From an uncultured Alphaproteobacteria bacterium (GTDB taxonomy: Bacteria > Pseudomonadota > Alphaproteobacteria > UBA6615): a stretch of DNA of 64,000 nucleotides. Positions 17,290 to 28,717 of this stretch are shown piece by piece. Location of the stretch: positions 1,048,668-1,112,667 of the forward strand of contig CALSNJ010000002.1 of the NCBI GenBank assembly GCA_943787745.1. The letters are read 5' to 3'. Both the position numbers and the translations under genes were made by a program. Positions within the stretch are counted from its first letter, which is position 1, and the number at the start of each line of letters is the position of its first letter. The notes beneath the pieces were generated by a model. It saw nothing but the letters and a program-made list of their open reading frames with translations, did not search any database and was not told the origin of the DNA.

Positions 17290-19206
17290 TTAAAGGTTCC
17301 GGATGTCCAATTCCGGCAACCTATCGGCGGGGACAAATCCGAACACGCACCCATAGAACGCGAGTTCTGCTTCCAACGCACGGCAAACGTTTTCGGCCTT
17401 CCGAAAACCATGGCCCTCTCCCTCGAAAAGAACATAGGCGACCGGGATATTCTTGGTGTCCAACGCCGCAACCATCGCTTCGGCCTGGTTGGGCGGCACA
17501 ACCTTGTCTTCGCTGCCCTGCAGGAAGATGACGGGACAATTCAGTCCCGCCACATGGTTGATCGGAGAGCGTGCCCGGTAAAGTGCTTCTGTCTCAGGAA
17601 GTGGTCCTATCAGACGGTCCAGATATCGACTTTCGAACTTGTGCGTGTCACGTGCCAATGTCATCAGGTCGCCGATCCCATAAAGGCTCGCACCCGCCGA
17701 AAAAGTATCTTTGAACGTCAAAGACGCCAGCGCCGTATAGCCGCCTGCACTGCCGCCCCGGATCGCCAGTTTCTCCGGATCGGCCTTGTTCTTCGAAACG
17801 AGATATTCAGCCCCGGCGACCATGTCTTCAACATCAAAATCACCCCACCTGCCGTAGAGCGCCTCCCGGTAGGCACGACCAAAGCCAGTGCTGCCGCGAT
17901 AGTTTACATCGAGAACAGCAAAGCCCCGGCTGGTCCAGTACTGGATCGCCAGACTTAACGATGGCGAGGCTGCACTTGTGGGGCCACCATGACCGCGCAC
18001 GATAAGCGGTGGGCGTTCACCATCCGGACCCACGAAAAGGGCGTTCCGAGGGGGATAATAAAACCCATAGGCAGAGGCGTCTTCGCTCGTTTCGAAGGTT
18101 ATTGGCTCAGGAACTGAAAGATCATCTTTCGCAATCATCTCTGCAGCGGCGCGTTTGAGCACCACGCAATTTTCTGCCTCAAGATCAAACCGCACAACAG
18201 CCTTTGATTCCTGTGGGTTTGCCCCAAGGAACACGACACCTTCACCAATGCTGCGCACACTCGAGATATCGGTGTAAGGCGTTGCAATATCGTGAATTCG
18301 CTTGCCGGTAATCTGCGCAAGCTGCCAGAGGCCGTTTTGAGAATAAGCGCACAGTATGTCTCCGGACGGGAGCACATCATAAGTCCGCATACCGAAATTC
18401 CACTGCGGAAGGCCAAACTCTGCGTCCCGTTCAATCAGGATCGAAACCGTCTCGCCGTCCCAGACGTGCAGGTTCCACCAGCCTGTCCGGTCCAGTGCGA
18501 ATACAAGCGACCCGTCTGGACGCCATTCCGGCTGGAAGGCCGCCTCTCCAGCACCGCCTGCGACCTTCAAAACCTCGCCAAGCTTGCCGTCTGCAGCGAG
18601 ATCAGCCACCCACAGCGTGGCACCATCCCACGGCATGTCTGGCAAATCCCAACTCAGCCATGCCAGGCGGGTTCCGTCGGGAGAAATCCGTGGGTTGGAG
18701 ATGAAATCATGACTGCTATCGAGCTCGGTGACCGCGCCGTCGGACAAGCCAATGGCAATCAATGCGTTCGCGGTTTCCGCAGCCCCGTGCCGTTCTCGTG
18801 CGCAAATCAACCGCGCCCGGGACACATCAACGATCATATCGGCAAACCGGTCGTCCGCGCTGCCTGTCAGAACCTGAGGAGGTTCATCGACCTTGTGGCG
18901 ATAGATATGCTGGTCTTGGGCGTTCACGAAGTAAATCGTGCCGTCATGGATATGCAAAGCACCGCCGCCATACTCATGCGCCTGAGTCCGCACCGAATAG
19001 CCCTCTGGCGTAATGTCGGTATGGCTGCCTTCAACATCCCCGACAAGCACAACCCGCCCGCCTTCGCTGGGTCGTCTTTCGAGCCAATAAATCTGACCGT
19101 TGTCAACAAAGACACCGTCCAGCGAAATGGTCGTGTCGGCAATCATGCTCGCCGATATGGGTGATTTCCAGCTCCCGTACGGAGCCTGAACGCGCGCGCC
19201 GCTCAT
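17290..19206 (-). CDS. S9 family peptidase (prolyl oligopeptidase/acylaminoacyl-peptidase-like)
   Basis: APYGSWKSPI, HGGPT, GGSAGG nucleophile, EDKVV, EGHGF. Confidence 0.93.
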   Translation of the reverse strand: MSGARVQAPYGSWKSPISASMIADTTISLDGVFVDNGQIYWLERRPSEGGRVVLVGDVEGSHTDITPEGYSVRTQAHEYGGGALHIHDGTIYFVNAQDQHIYRHKVDEPPQVLTGSADDRFADMIVDVSRARLICARERHGAAETANALIAIGLSDGAVTELDSSHDFISNPRISPDGTRLAWLSWDLPDMPWDGATLWVADLAADGKLGEVLKVAGGAGEAAFQPEWRPDGSLVFALDRTGWWNLHVWDGETVSILIERDAEFGLPQWNFGMRTYDVLPSGDILCAYSQNGLWQLAQITGKRIHDIATPYTDISSVRSIGEGVVFLGANPQESKAVVRFDLEAENCVVLKRAAAEMIAKDDLSVPEPITFETSEDASAYGFYYPPRNALFVGPDGERPPLIVRGHGGPTSAASPSLSLAIQYWTSRGFAVLDVNYRGSTGFGRAYREALYGRWGDFDVEDMVAGAEYLVSKNKADPEKLAIRGGSAGGYTALASLTFKDTFSAGASLYGIGDLMTLARDTHKFESRYLDRLIGPLPETEALYRARSPINHVAGLNCPVIFLQGSEDKVVPPNQAEAMVAALDTKNIPVAYVLFEGEGHGFRKAENVCRALEAELAFYGCVFGFVPADRLPELDIRNL

Positions 19207-20600
19207 AGCAGTACGATTGCTGCCAGCCCCAGGAAGGCCATGAAACCGACAACGTCTGTGATGGTGGTCAGAATGACGGCGGACCCGACGGCGGGATCAA
19301 CTTTCATTTTCTGAAGCACGATGGGGATCGTGACTCCTGCAAAGCCTGCAATCAGCATATTCACGATCATAGCCGCACCGATCACGATGCCAATCGCGGC
19401 GTCGCCGAACCATGCCCAGGTCACGAGCCCGACCAAACACGCGAAGAGGATACCGTTGATGCCACCAACGATGACCTCTTTTCCGACGATGCGCGCGGCA
19501 TTTGTCGGCGTCAGCTCTTTCATCGCCAGCGCGCGCACCGCAACAGTCAGCGTCTGTGTGCCCGCGTTTCCGCCCATCGAGGCAACAATCGGCATCAGGA
19601 CCGCCAGCGCCACCACCCTTTCGATTGCGGCATCAAACAGGCTGATCACGAGTGACGCGACAATTGCCGTTCCCAGATTGACGAGAAGCCATGAGAAGCG
19701 CGCACGGGTGGTCTCAAAGACAGCTTCATAGAAGTCATCTTCCTGCACACCACCAAGTCGCAGAAAATCTTCCTCGGCTTCTTCCTGAATGACATGGACC
19801 ACGTCATCGGCCGTGATGACGCCGACCAGTTGGCCGTTTTCATTGACCACCGGCGCGGAAACAAGCGCGTACTGCGTGAACATCAGGGCGACTTCTTCCT
19901 GATCCATCTCTACATAAGCCGAACGCAATTCGGTCAGCATGATGTCATCAATCCGAACATCGCGCTGGTTGCGCATCAACCGGGAAAGCGGGATCGTTCC
20001 CACCGGAATCCGCTCTTCATCAACAGCATAAATCTCGTAGAAATCACGCGGCAAGCTGGCGGCTCGGTTGCGCAGATAGTCGATGGTGTTGCCGACAGAC
20101 CAATCCTTGGGAACTGTCACCAACTCGCGCTGCATCAAGCGACCGGCACTGTCTTCCGGATAGGTCATTGCCTGTTCGAGCAAGGCGCGGTCCGAAGGAG
20201 AAAGCTGCAGCAGGACACCTTTCTGATCAGCCTCCGGGATATCCTCGAACACATCGAGTGCATCATCCGTATCCAACTCGGAAAGCACGGCTGCCACTTC
20301 TTCAGGCTCAAGGATTTCCAGAACATCTTCGCGGACAACATCGTCCATATGCGTCAGGAGTTCCGGATCGAGATGATCACGCACATGGTCGAGAAGCTTG
20401 CGCCGGTTTTCGCCCACCAGCTCTTCAAGCAAATCGGCAAGATCTGATACATGAAGCCCGGAAATCAGACTTTCGACTTCCTCCATCCGACCGTCAGCCA
20501 CAGCCGCGTCACACGCACGCACAAGGGCTTCATCGACGCCATAGCCCCGCTCAGGCTCGTCAACCACAGCTTCCAGGCTAATTTGTGCCTGATCCGTCAT
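19203..20600 (-). CDS. mgtE: Magnesium transporter MgtE
   Basis: YPEDSAGRLM, CBS pair, MGGNAGTQT, DPAVGS..LTTITDVVGF. Confidence 0.95.
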   Translation of the reverse strand: MTDQAQISLEAVVDEPERGYGVDEALVRACDAAVADGRMEEVESLISGLHVSDLADLLEELVGENRRKLLDHVRDHLDPELLTHMDDVVREDVLEILEPEEVAAVLSELDTDDALDVFEDIPEADQKGVLLQLSPSDRALLEQAMTYPEDSAGRLMQRELVTVPKDWSVGNTIDYLRNRAASLPRDFYEIYAVDEERIPVGTIPLSRLMRNQRDVRIDDIMLTELRSAYVEMDQEEVALMFTQYALVSAPVVNENGQLVGVITADDVVHVIQEEAEEDFLRLGGVQEDDFYEAVFETTRARFSWLLVNLGTAIVASLVISLFDAAIERVVALAVLMPIVASMGGNAGTQTLTVAVRALAMKELTPTNAARIVGKEVIVGGINGILFACLVGLVTWAWFGDAAIGIVIGAAMIVNMLIAGFAGVTIPIVLQKMKVDPAVGSAVILTTITDVVGFMAFLGLAAIVLL

Positions 20601-22888
20601 ATCGCCAATTCATCTTGGCGGATGCTGTGCTGAGCTCCGACAGCAGCCACTGCGCACATATTCAAAAGACCGCGCGCCGTTACCGACGGCGTAACGATAT
20701 GTGCAGAACGCGCCGCACCAACGAGAATTGGCCCCACGGCCAGGCCATCAGCGAGCGTCTTGAGTAGATTGAAGGCAATGTTGGCAGCGTCCTGATCCGG
20801 CATGACGAGAAGGTTCGCCTGCCCCTCGAGAGAACTGTTGGGAAAAATACGTTCGCGGATCTCATAATCGATTGCCGCGTCCGCATGCATCTCGCCCTCC
20901 ACCTGAATGTCAGGCGCCTTTTCACTGACCAACATTCGCGCACGCCGCATCTTTTGCGCCGAGGCCGAGTTCGAGCTCCCGAAATTCGAGTGTGAAAGCA
21001 GCGCAACACGTGGGTTCATGCCAAAGCGACGAACCTGCTCCGCCGCCAGAATGGTCATCTCGGCAACTTCTTCGGCAGTCGGGTCTGGCGTGACATAGGT
21101 ATCTGTCAGGAAGAAGGTTCCCTTGGACAGGATCAGGACCGAGACAGCCGACATTTCATTTACGCCAGCCTGGTAACCGATAATATCCCGCAGGTGCTGC
21201 AAATGTCGGTCATAGCGCCCCTCACTCCCACAGATCATGGCATCCGCATCGCCGCGCATCACAGCCAGAGCCGCGATCACCGTGGAATTGGTGCGAACGC
21301 GCGTGCGCGCTTCATCTGGCGAAACACCACTGCGTTGGGCGAGCTTGTGATAGAGCTGCCAGTAGTCCCGATAACGCGGATCATCCTGAGGGTCGATAAT
21401 CTCGCAATCTTCACCCGGCTTGAAGTTCAATCCAAGGCGTTCGACCCGGTTGCGAACAATATCAGGCCGGCCGATCAGGATGGGCTGAGCGATCCCTTCG
21501 TCAATAGCAGCCTTGGCAGCCCGCAAAACACGATCATCCTCACCCTCCGCCAGAACAACTGTCCTGAGTTCCGCCTTGGCGCGATCAAAAATCGGGCGCA
21601 TGAGCATATCGGACCGAAACACAAAGCGGCTGAGCTGATCAATATAAGCGTCAAAATCCTCAATCGGTCGTGTCGCAACGCCCGTTGCCATGGCCGCGCG
21701 GGCCACAGCAGGGGCAACCTCGACGATCAGACGGGGATCGAATGGGCTGGGAATGATTGAATCCGCCCCGAATTTCGTAACCTGGCCACCATAGGCCGAC
21801 GCCACAACGTCAGACGTTTCTTTCATCGCAAGATTTGCAATCGCATCAACAGCCGCGATCTTCATCTCTTCGTTGATATCAGTCGCTCCGACATCGAGTG
21901 CGCCCCGGAAAATATGCGGAAAACACAGAACGTTATTGACCTGGTTGGGGTAGTCCGAGCGACCACTTGCAATCAACGCATCTGGCCGGGCAGCTCTGGC
22001 CTCTTCCGGCATGATTTCTGGAGTTGGATTGGCGAGCGCAAAGATCAATGGCGTATCTGCCATCTTCGCCACCATTTCGGGCTTCAGCACACCGGGTGCT
22101 GAAAGCCCGAGAAAAATATCCGCCCCTTCGATGACGTCGTCGAGGGTCCGTGCATCCGTCTCCTGTGCGTAGACCTCAAGATACGGGTTCATGCCCTTCT
22201 CACGGCCCTTGTAAACCACGCCATTGATATCGGTGAGCGTGACATTCGCGACTGGCAAACCCATGCTTACCAGCAAATGGGTGCAGGCGAGCGCTGCAGC
22301 TCCGCCGCCCGACGTAACAAGTCGCACATCCTGAATTTTCTTGTTTGCCAACCGGAGCGCATTGCGAACCGCAGCCCCCACAATGATCGCGGTTCCATGC
22401 TGGTCGTCATGGAAAACCGGAATGTTCATTCTCTCGCGGAGTTTTCTTTCAATTTCAAAGCATTCCGGCGCCTTGATGTCCTCAAGATTGATCCCTCCAA
22501 AGGTCGGCTCAAGGGCTGCGACAACATCGACAAATTTATCAATATCGGTCTCATCAACCTCGATATCGAAAACGTCGATCCCTGCAAATTTCTTGAACAG
22601 GACCGCTTTGCCTTCCATCACAGGTTTGGATGCCAGCGGCCCGATATTGCCCAGGCCAAGTACCGCGGTACCATTTGTGACAACGCCGACCAAATTTGCG
22701 CGAATGGTCAACTCAGAGGCCATACTTGGGTCCTCTGCGATTGCCAGAGAGGCGTGAGCAACACCTGGGGTGTAAGCACGGGAAAGGTCTCGCTGGTTGG
22801 CCAACGGCTTTGTCGCGACAACTTCGACCTTTCCAGGCCGTCCTTCTCGATGATACCGCAATGCGGTTTCGCGCATATCTTCAGCCAC
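20597..22888 (-). CDS. maeB: NADP-dependent malic enzyme with PTA domain
   Basis: [39 protein letters not shown]-terminal PTA domain ([19 protein letters not shown]). Confidence 0.95.
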   Translation of the reverse strand: MAEDMRETALRYHREGRPGKVEVVATKPLANQRDLSRAYTPGVAHASLAIAEDPSMASELTIRANLVGVVTNGTAVLGLGNIGPLASKPVMEGKAVLFKKFAGIDVFDIEVDETDIDKFVDVVAALEPTFGGINLEDIKAPECFEIERKLRERMNIPVFHDDQHGTAIIVGAAVRNALRLANKKIQDVRLVTSGGGAAALACTHLLVSMGLPVANVTLTDINGVVYKGREKGMNPYLEVYAQETDARTLDDVIEGADIFLGLSAPGVLKPEMVAKMADTPLIFALANPTPEIMPEEARAARPDALIASGRSDYPNQVNNVLCFPHIFRGALDVGATDINEEMKIAAVDAIANLAMKETSDVVASAYGGQVTKFGADSIIPSPFDPRLIVEVAPAVARAAMATGVATRPIEDFDAYIDQLSRFVFRSDMLMRPIFDRAKAELRTVVLAEGEDDRVLRAAKAAIDEGIAQPILIGRPDIVRNRVERLGLNFKPGEDCEIIDPQDDPRYRDYWQLYHKLAQRSGVSPDEARTRVRTNSTVIAALAVMRGDADAMICGSEGRYDRHLQHLRDIIGYQAGVNEMSAVSVLILSKGTFFLTDTYVTPDPTAEEVAEMTILAAEQVRRFGMNPRVALLSHSNFGSSNSASAQKMRRARMLVSEKAPDIQVEGEMHADAAIDYEIRERIFPNSSLEGQANLLVMPDQDAANIAFNLLKTLADGLAVGPILVGAARSAHIVTPSVTARGLLNMCAVAAVGAQHSIRQDELAI

Positions 22889-23000
22889 GTCTCAATCCCC
22901 GTTTCGATGGATATCTTGTTTAGATGCGCGTTCCGCTCGCAGGTGGCAACCGGAAAACGGGAAAATCGGGTACAAGGGCACTATATTCCTCGAGAAAGAC

Positions 23001-23678
23001 ATGAACACGACACTCAAAACAAAACTTGGTCGCCCCGCAGGTTCACCACCGGTGGAATGGCAGACCCGATCAGGCCTCACCCCTTATCCCGAGGCCGTTT
23101 CCGCGATGGAAGAGCGTGTGGCGGACATCCGGGACGGCAAGGCGCGCGAACTTGTCTGGCTGGTCGAACACCCACCCCTCTACACCTCGGGCACAAGTGC
23201 GCGCGTAGAGGACTTGCTCGAACCCGATCGGTTTCCGGTCTTTGATACCGGGCGCGGTGGCCAATACACCTATCATGGTCCGGGTCAGCGCGTGGCCTAT
23301 GCGATGATGGATCTGCGCGAACGCGGGCAGGACCTGCGCACATATGTCCGCGGCCTTGAAGGCTGGGTGATCGATGCACTCGCGCAGTTTGATATCAAGG
23401 GTGAACGCCGTGACGGGCGCGTGGGGATCTGGGTAGCTCACGCTGATGGCCGTGAAGACAAGATTGCCGCGATCGGTGTGCGGGTGCGCGGTTGGGTGAC
23501 CTATCACGGCATCTCGATCAATGTCGCACCGGATCTCGACCATTTCTCGGGCATCGTCCCCTGCGGTATCGGGGATGAAGGGCTAGGGGTCACAAGCCTG
23601 AGAGATCTTGGCGTGAATGCCAGCCTCGAAGACGTCGACGCGATTCTCAAAAAGAGCTTCAGTAACATCTTCGGCTAG
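23001..23678 (+). CDS. lipB: Lipoyl(octanoyl) transferase
   Basis: [34 protein letters not shown]. Confidence 0.96.
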   Translation: MNTTLKTKLGRPAGSPPVEWQTRSGLTPYPEAVSAMEERVADIRDGKARELVWLVEHPPLYTSGTSARVEDLLEPDRFPVFDTGRGGQYTYHGPGQRVAYAMMDLRERGQDLRTYVRGLEGWVIDALAQFDIKGERRDGRVGIWVAHADGREDKIAAIGVRVRGWVTYHGISINVAPDLDHFSGIVPCGIGDEGLGVTSLRDLGVNASLEDVDAILKKSFSNIFG

Positions 23679-23681
23679 TGT

Positions 23682-23981
23682 TCAGCGGATCTCGGCCGTC
23701 GAACGCTGCCGAAACCCCTGACCCGCAAATTCGCTTGCCTTCAGGGGTTCGCAGAAAACATTCTCCACCGAAGCCGCCGGCGGTCCATCCGCACAATTCC
23801 CGACCATGCGTTCGACCTGCGCAGCCGGCCCGCAGAACACCGCCTCCACTGAACCGTCTGTGCGATTGCGAACCCAGCCATCGAGACAAAGGTCGCGCGC
23901 AAGGTTAACCGTCCAAGCACGAAACCAGACGCCTTGGACACGACCAGAAATCACAACCCGCGTCGCCAGGACATCGGACAC
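23682..23981 (-). CDS. acyP: Acylphosphatase
   Basis: GRVQGVWFR, GWVRNRTDGSVE, GPPAASV. Confidence 0.92.
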   Translation of the reverse strand: MSDVLATRVVISGRVQGVWFRAWTVNLARDLCLDGWVRNRTDGSVEAVFCGPAAQVERMVGNCADGPPAASVENVFCEPLKASEFAGQGFRQRSTAEIR

Positions 23982-25969
23982 TATTCAAACTCGATAATCG
24001 CCTGATCGACACTCAAGCTGTCGCCCGATGCGGCGTGGACGGTTTTCACGACACCATCGGCACTGGCGCGAAGAACATTCTCCATCTTCATCGCCTCTAT
24101 AACGGCGACCTCTTCGCCGGCAAGAACCTTAACCCCTTCCTCAACCGACAAAGACACCAACAGCCCCGGCATCGGTGAGAGCACGAACTTGCTCATATCC
24201 GGTGGTTCTTTCTCCGGCATCAATACCGCGAGCTTTGCAGCACGTGGGGTCAAAACTCTCAGCGAGGCCTCAACCCCGCGATGGGTCACGCGATAGGAAA
24301 CGCCCAGCCGATCGATCTGGAAAATTGCGGCTTCCCCATCGAGACGAGCGGCAAAAACGGGATCGCCGAGCGACCAATTCGTATCCAGCGCAATTGTGTG
24401 ATCTCTCACGCTGATATCCGCACCGTCTTCGCGGAATGTTACGGAGGCCGCATTCATTTCGCCGCCAATTTGAACCTGCCAGTCCTGCACGTTACGCGGG
24501 ATACCGGGTTCGCCGGCATGACCTGACTGATTGGCGCGACCGGCATAGCGCGCATGTACAAACGTCGCGACAGCGCAGAACCTGTCCAGAAGATCGCCCT
24601 CTGGTGCCAGTGGCGCGTAACCGTCAGGATACTCTTCTGCAATGAAGTTGGTTGTGAAGTCGCCCGAGGCAAAGCGCGGATGGGAAATGATCGAGGCCAA
24701 AAATGCGGTGTTGTGACCCGTTCCGCGAATATAATAGCCATCGAGCGCATCCTGCATCCGGATGATCGCCGCATTGCGATCCGCGCCGTGGGTCGCCAGT
24801 TTTGCGATCATCGGGTCGTAATACATTGAAATTTCCGAGCCCTCACCGACCCCGGTATCTATCCGGACACTTCCCTCCTCTTGGACTGGGGCGCGGTAGC
24901 GCGCCAGACGTCCGATTGCCGGCAGGAAATTACGCGCGGGATCCTCGGCATAAACCCGGGATTCGATCGCCCAGCCATCGACCTTCACATCATCCTGGGA
25001 GATCGACAGCTTTTCGCCATCAGCAACCCGAATCATCTGTTCGACCAGATCAAGCCCCGTGATCATCTCGGTGACAGGATGCTCCACCTGAAGTCGCGTG
25101 TTCATCTCGAGGAAGTAAAAATTCTGATCCTTGTCGACGATGAACTCGACAGTCCCGGCGGACCGATATCCAACGGCACGGGAAAGTGCACAGGCCTGTT
25201 CCCCCATCGCCTGTCGGGTCTCTTCCTTCAGGAAAGGTGACGGCGCTTCCTCAATGACCTTCTGGTGACGGCGCTGAATGGAACATTCGCGCTCACCTAG
25301 ATGGATCACGTTGCCATGGGAATCCGCGAGCACCTGAATCTCAATATGGCGCGGCTCAACGACGAATTTTTCGATAAAAATACGATCATCGCCAAAGCTT
25401 GACCGGGCCTCGTTCTGCGCAGAGCGAAACCCTTCTGCGACCTCATCGTCACTTGCGGCAATACGCATGCCCTTGCCACCGCCGCCAGCCGACGCCTTGA
25501 TCATCACCGGATAGCCGATTTCCCGCGCGATCTTCAGCGCCTCGGTATCGTCAGCGATAATCCCCATATGCCCCGGGACCGTGGTTACCCCTGCGGCATC
25601 CGCCAGCTTTTTGGATTCGATCTTGTCGCCCATGGCTGCAATGGCGTCCGGCGGAGGTCCAATAAACGCAATTCCTTCGGCTTCCAGAGCACGAGCAAAA
25701 TCAGCATTCTCAGAGAGAAACCCGTATCCCGGGTGAACAGCTTCAGCTCCGGTCTGCCGAATGGCGTCCAGAATTTTGTCGGCAATCAGATAACTTTCAG
25801 CGGCCGGTGACGGGCCTATATGAACGGCTTCATCGGCCATCCGGACAGCAAGCGACCCCGCATCAGCGTCCGAATAGACAGCCACAGTTGCAATACCCAT
25901 GTCCCGAGCAGTTCGGATGACACGGCAGGCGATTTCGCCCCGATTGGCGATGAGGATTTTCGAAAACAT
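23981..25969 (-). CDS. pccA: Propionyl-CoA carboxylase alpha subunit (biotin carboxylase + BCCP)
   Basis: KILIANRGEIA, HPGYGFLSEN, FLEMNTRLQVEHP, EAMKM biotin motif; pccB is nearby. Confidence 0.85.
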   Translation of the reverse strand: MFSKILIANRGEIACRVIRTARDMGIATVAVYSDADAGSLAVRMADEAVHIGPSPAAESYLIADKILDAIRQTGAEAVHPGYGFLSENADFARALEAEGIAFIGPPPDAIAAMGDKIESKKLADAAGVTTVPGHMGIIADDTEALKIAREIGYPVMIKASAGGGGKGMRIAASDDEVAEGFRSAQNEARSSFGDDRIFIEKFVVEPRHIEIQVLADSHGNVIHLGERECSIQRRHQKVIEEAPSPFLKEETRQAMGEQACALSRAVGYRSAGTVEFIVDKDQNFYFLEMNTRLQVEHPVTEMITGLDLVEQMIRVADGEKLSISQDDVKVDGWAIESRVYAEDPARNFLPAIGRLARYRAPVQEEGSVRIDTGVGEGSEISMYYDPMIAKLATHGADRNAAIIRMQDALDGYYIRGTGHNTAFLASIISHPRFASGDFTTNFIAEEYPDGYAPLAPEGDLLDRFCAVATFVHARYAGRANQSGHAGEPGIPRNVQDWQVQIGGEMNAASVTFREDGADISVRDHTIALDTNWSLGDPVFAARLDGEAAIFQIDRLGVSYRVTHRGVEASLRVLTPRAAKLAVLMPEKEPPDMSKFVLSPMPGLLVSLSVEEGVKVLAGEEVAVIEAMKMENVLRASADGVVKTVHAASGDSLSVDQAIIEFE

Positions 25970-26077
25970 GATGAGAAACTAAGCAAGCATGTTGCAGCGC
26001 GCAATGGATGATCGAGAGTGTTTTTACATTGTGAGAAGCCAGCGTAGACGCGAACGCCTGACATACGTAGCCTGCGC

Positions 26078-27934
26078 ATGATGAGTGAGGCACGACACAC
26101 GACAATACCGACACGCATGAGAGCGTCTCTGTCCGCTGTCCTGGTTGGTGGCGTGACTCTGCTGATCCTTCTCGCGGTCGGAAGTGTACTCTGGATCACA
26201 CTCACCAGCGCGACGCGAAACACATTTGAACTTCTTGGACAAAGGGCAAATGCCACCCTGGACGTGCTTGAAGCCAAGGTTGATGGCCAGTTGCTGTCCG
26301 TCATGGGCGGCACGGAAGAATTCGCAGATCAATTCGCCGATGGCCGCCTGAACATCAAAGACAAGCGCGACAATGTATTCCATGCATTTTCGGGCTTTCT
26401 CTCAGCCCATCCGCAGGTCACAGCGCTGCTCTATTTGGATGTCGAACTGGATTCAATCGTTGTCTCCCGGAGCGAAGGATATCCGATCGAAGTGCCGTCC
26501 ACCCCGGCGTCAACGGAGCGAAGAAGTTTTGCCTTGAACCTCGCCCGCACACATCGCCACCCGGTCTGGGGCGACCCAATCTGGGTTTCAGATATCGGAC
26601 AACCCGTCCTCACCTATATCGCACCGGTTAAACGAGGAGATGACTTGCTGGGGGTCATGGTCGCCCCTGTCGTTCTGACAAATGTTTCGGCTTTCCTTCT
26701 CGATCTCGAGACCAAGGGCGACCTGAGCGCCTTCATTCTCCACAATCGGGACCGGGTCCTTGCACACCCAAGGATGAAAGAGGCTGACTTCAGCAAAACG
26801 AACACGGTCACACAGACCCCGCTACCGCTCCTGCAGGATATGTCCGACCCTGCATTCGACCTGCTCACAGGTGGCGGAGATGAGGCGACCCTGCTTCTGG
26901 AGTACGCTGCAGATATCACCAATGCACGCGTTGGCGAGGACTTGATTGTCCTGACACGTGACACCGACAAGTTTGGCCCAGCAGTCTGGACGCTCGGAGT
27001 CACGTTTCAGCGCGCAATCGTAGGTCAGGAAGTCGACCGCCTCGTCACAACAGCAATTGTCGGCAGCATTATCCTTGTTCTCGCTGTGGTTCTTGGTTTT
27101 GTTTTGGCCCGGTACCTCAATCGCCAGATCGGACGACTGGTGACCTCCGCAGGCGCACTCACCGAGCTGGACATCAATGCAGCACCGAACGTGCCTGACA
27201 GTCGCATCCGGGAGTTGTCGGACGCGGCTCAAGCTTTCAATCGTATGATTGCAGCACTTCGCCTGTTCGAGGTCTATGTCCCCAAGCAACTTGTGCTCCG
27301 GATGATGCAGCGAGGCGAAGAAGTCGAAACAACGCAGGAACGCGTTGTGACAGTCATGTTTACTGATATTCGCGGGTTTTCGACCATCGCCGAGCATATG
27401 GATGCAACGGGAATCGCTGAACTGTTAAACCTGCATTTTGACATGCTGGCGGGTCCAATCGAGGCAGAAGGCGGGACCGTCGACAAGTACATCGGTGACG
27501 CCATCATGGCATTCTGGGGTGCACCCGAGGAAATGCCCGATCATGCCGCTCGCGCAATGCGGGCGGCAGCCGAAATCCAGCGCGTTGTTCATGCAGACAA
27601 TGAACGACGACGCGCCAATGGAGAACCGTTACTGGCCGTCCGTGTGGGCGTTCACACCGGCCCCGTGGTTGTTGGCAATATCGGCTCGCGAAACCGGATC
27701 AACTACACAATTGTGGGAGATGCCGTGAATATCGCATCGCGCATCGACTCACTCGCCAAACAAATCGCCAAGGATGAGGACTGTATTGTTCTGGTCAGCA
27801 GCGACACTTGCGATCACGCACAGGCTGGGCCAAACGACGGCTATGACCTTTCCGCCATGGGCGAGCAAGAAATTCGCGGCCGTCAGGGAACCGTCCGAAT
27901 ATTCCGGCTGGACGCACATGAAACAGATCGGTAA
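26078..27934 (+). CDS. Membrane class III adenylate cyclase (TM-Cache-like sensor-TM-HAMP-cyclase)
   Basis: Two TM helices; HAMP (IRELSDAAQAFNRM); FTDIRGFS, DKYIGDAIMA, YTIVGDAVNIASR. Confidence 0.9.
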   Translation: MMSEARHTTIPTRMRASLSAVLVGGVTLLILLAVGSVLWITLTSATRNTFELLGQRANATLDVLEAKVDGQLLSVMGGTEEFADQFADGRLNIKDKRDNVFHAFSGFLSAHPQVTALLYLDVELDSIVVSRSEGYPIEVPSTPASTERRSFALNLARTHRHPVWGDPIWVSDIGQPVLTYIAPVKRGDDLLGVMVAPVVLTNVSAFLLDLETKGDLSAFILHNRDRVLAHPRMKEADFSKTNTVTQTPLPLLQDMSDPAFDLLTGGGDEATLLLEYAADITNARVGEDLIVLTRDTDKFGPAVWTLGVTFQRAIVGQEVDRLVTTAIVGSIILVLAVVLGFVLARYLNRQIGRLVTSAGALTELDINAAPNVPDSRIRELSDAAQAFNRMIAALRLFEVYVPKQLVLRMMQRGEEVETTQERVVTVMFTDIRGFSTIAEHMDATGIAELLNLHFDMLAGPIEAEGGTVDKYIGDAIMAFWGAPEEMPDHAARAMRAAAEIQRVVHADNERRRANGEPLLAVRVGVHTGPVVVGNIGSRNRINYTIVGDAVNIASRIDSLAKQIAKDEDCIVLVSSDTCDHAQAGPNDGYDLSAMGEQEIRGRQGTVRIFRLDAHETDR

Positions 27935-27946
27935 TCAACGCGCATC

Positions 27947-28687
27947 ATGAACACCGAAGAACTCCAGCAGCGGATTGCTGCGTTCCCCTACTGGTATCAT
28001 CGAATCGAGTTGGTTGATGGGGTCACAACACCGGGCTGGGCACCAATTTCCGCCGACGCCTACCGTATTCCCGACGACCTGTCTGGAAAGCGCGTTCTGG
28101 ATATCGGCGCATGGGATGGCTACTGGACATTCGAAGCCATGAAGCGGGGAGCCGAACAGGTCATCGCGATCGATGATTTCTCGGACTTCGTTGGCGAGCT
28201 GGAAAGCAAAGACAGGAAAGCCTGGGAGAATTTCGATCTTTGCCGTGAGGCGCTTGGTTATGACCACGAGGCCTGCCAGCGTCACGAAATGACAATCTAT
28301 GACCTCACGCCCGAGACATTCGGGATGTTCGATGTCGTGTTCTGTTTTGGCGTGCTCTATCACCTGCGCTGGCCGATGTATGCGATCGACAAATTGTCGG
28401 ATGTCTGCACCGGCGATCTCTTCATGGAATCGGCCGTTTCAGATGATTTCAGCGCTTACCGCGGTGGTCTTGGGAAGGGATTCGGATCCGACATGGTTGC
28501 CGAGTTCTATCCCAATGACGAATACGGTGAGAACGAGACCAATTGGTGGGCTCCCACTCTCCGATGCATGGGAAGCATGGTCAAAGCATCCGGTTTTGAA
28601 ACCGTGCGCGGCTGGAAGCTCACCGACAACCCACAACGAATCTCGCAGTGCCGCGGTTTCGTTTGGGGCAGCAAAACTTCCGACTAG
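27947..28687 (+). CDS. Class I SAM-dependent methyltransferase (DUF1698/CmoB-like)
   Basis: WYHRIEL, GKRVLDIGAWDG, FDVVFCFGVLYHL, NWWAP. Confidence 0.85.
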   Translation: MNTEELQQRIAAFPYWYHRIELVDGVTTPGWAPISADAYRIPDDLSGKRVLDIGAWDGYWTFEAMKRGAEQVIAIDDFSDFVGELESKDRKAWENFDLCREALGYDHEACQRHEMTIYDLTPETFGMFDVVFCFGVLYHLRWPMYAIDKLSDVCTGDLFMESAVSDDFSAYRGGLGKGFGSDMVAEFYPNDEYGENETNWWAPTLRCMGSMVKASGFETVRGWKLTDNPQRISQCRGFVWGSKTSD

Positions 28688-28717
28688 GCCACATCTGCCA
28701 GCACCACGAACTCGACG

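Noticed and set aside
17253..17501. N-terminal extension of maiA
   Set aside because: Overlaps the S9 peptidase in another frame; the GST-zeta start is at 17252.
26029..26050. CRP-like site upstream of the adenylate cyclase
   Set aside because: Only the TGTGA half-site is present; the second half does not match TCACA.
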